From: Alphaproteobacteria bacterium
Lineage (GTDB): Bacteria > Pseudomonadota > Alphaproteobacteria > UBA828
Length of the DNA: 64,000 nucleotides
Direction of reading: 5' to 3'
Assembly: GCA_963667785.2 (NCBI GenBank)
Contig: CAXXMU010000005.1
Coordinates: forward strand, 224,001-288,000
How positions within the stretch are numbered: position 1 is the first letter of the stretch; each line of letters opens with the position of its first letter. The notes below the pieces were generated by a model. That model saw nothing but the letters and a program-made list of their open reading frames with translations. It was not told the DNA's origin and searched no databases. The position numbers were made by a program, and so were the translations under genes. Positions 63,009-64,000 of the stretch are shown in pieces.

Positions 63009-63763
63009 GCTGGCGCATCCTTGCGCCGGTGTTCGCGCTCGTCGTGGTTGGCCTGCTCTGGGAGGCCGTGGTCTGGGTGAACGACTGGCCGAACTACAAG
63101 ATGGCCTCGCCCTCGGACCTCGGACCCGCCTTCTGGAAGTTCCGCTGGCTGTTCCTCGAGTACGGGTGGGACACCCTCTGGCGAACGGTGGCGGGGCTTC
63201 TCGTCTCCGTGTTCGCCGGCGTGCTTCTCGGCATGATCATGGGACTGAACCGGACCATGCGGAACGCGCTCTACCCGCTGCTGGTCGGCTTCAACGCCAT
63301 ACCCAAGGCGACCGTGGTCCCCATCATCGCGCTGCTGTTCGTCGGCGCGCACGACATGAACACGATCCTGATCGCGTTCCTCATCTCCTTCTTCCCGATC
63401 GCCGTCTCCGTCTCGATCGGCCTCTCCACGCTGGAGCCCGAATACCGCGACATCCTCGCCTCGCTCGGCGCCTCCCGCTTCACGATCTTCTGGAAGATCG
63501 CGCTTCCGAAGACGCTGCCGGAGTTCTTCGGGGCCCTCAAGGTCGCGGTCACGCTCGCCTTCATCGGCACGAACCTGATGGAGATCGTGGAGCCGCACGG
63601 GCGCGGGCTCGGCCATCTCTTCGACAGCGGCAAGATCAGCGCGGACTATCCCCTGATGTTCGCCGTGCTCATCGCGCTCGCGGCGCTCGGCATCATGCTC
63701 TTCTACGTTGTCGTGGTGCTGGAGCGCATCTTCGCCGGCTGGGCCGAGCGCTCACCGACGTAA
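63005..63763 (+). CDS. ABC transporter permease (NitT/TauT type)
   Basis: Multiple TM helices, SLGASRFTIFWKIALP EAA-like loop; ATG overlaps the ATPase stop. Confidence 0.93.
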   Translation: MSWRILAPVFALVVVGLLWEAVVWVNDWPNYKMASPSDLGPAFWKFRWLFLEYGWDTLWRTVAGLLVSVFAGVLLGMIMGLNRTMRNALYPLLVGFNAIPKATVVPIIALLFVGAHDMNTILIAFLISFFPIAVSVSIGLSTLEPEYRDILASLGASRFTIFWKIALPKTLPEFFGALKVAVTLAFIGTNLMEIVEPHGRGLGHLFDSGKISADYPLMFAVLIALAALGIMLFYVVVVLERIFAGWAERSPT

Positions 63764-63797
63764 CGCGCCTCGACATTCGCCGGCCCCGCCCGGCGTT

Positions 63798-64000
63798 CTA
63801 TAGACCTGCGGAAAGGATGTCGCTGGCCCGCTCGGCGACCGCGACGATGGCCGCGTTGACCGGACCGGTCGTGAGGCTCGGCAGGATCGAGCCGTCGACG
63901 ACGTGAAGCCCCGGCACGCCCGGGACGGAAAGGTCGGGACGGACGACGGCGGCCGGGTCCGTTCCCATCCTGCAGGTTTCGACCGGATGATGGTGGGTGC
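63798..64000 (-). CDS. GMC oxidoreductase C-terminus (partial, window edge)
   Basis: Minus-strand translation (absent from ORF track): THHHPVETCRMGTDPAAVVRPDLSVPGVPGLHVVDGSILPSLTTGPVNAAIVAVAERASDIL. Confidence 0.85.
   Translation of the reverse strand, partial: THHHPVETCRMGTDPAAVVRPDLSVPGVPGLHVVDGSILPSLTTGPVNAAIVAVAERASDILSAGL

Overview
Chromosomal window from a very high-GC alphaproteobacterium, probably Rhodospirillales-like (inferred from gene content and order). It is mostly housekeeping DNA. In order: the 3' end of dnaJ, dapB, a chorismate mutase-hisC-tyrC operon, metXW, a PHA block (small helical ORF overlapping a PhaC-like synthase, plus two tandem phaB), RidA, a quinone oxidoreductase, a Cys-rich unknown protein coupled to a glutamine-synthetase-like ligase, ubiE/ubiB/mutM, rpsT-dnaA-dnaN-recF-gyrB, PBP1A, a cobalamin block (cobB, SCO, cobA, cbiD, cobK), ahcY-tsaE-amgK-murU-addB-addA, a regulatory PTS cluster, tRNA-Thr, a phasin with a PhaR-type operator, purN, DUF2066-hdaA-ppk1-ppx, tRNA-Leu, and an accessory ureide/NMT1-ABC/GMC region. 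The main non-genic signal is two families of highly structured, TA-flanked, MITE-like repeats, two copies each. Family A (~270 bp; 7658-7928 and 27971-28239, inverted) shows many compensatory base changes and G-U pairs in internal stems, which suggests selection on a folded structure. Family B (~180-205 bp; 30136-30341 and 35244-35421, direct) exactly brackets the cobalamin block. No transposase, integrase, CRISPR array or rRNA was seen. All calls come from reading the sequence and motifs by eye; no database searches were run.
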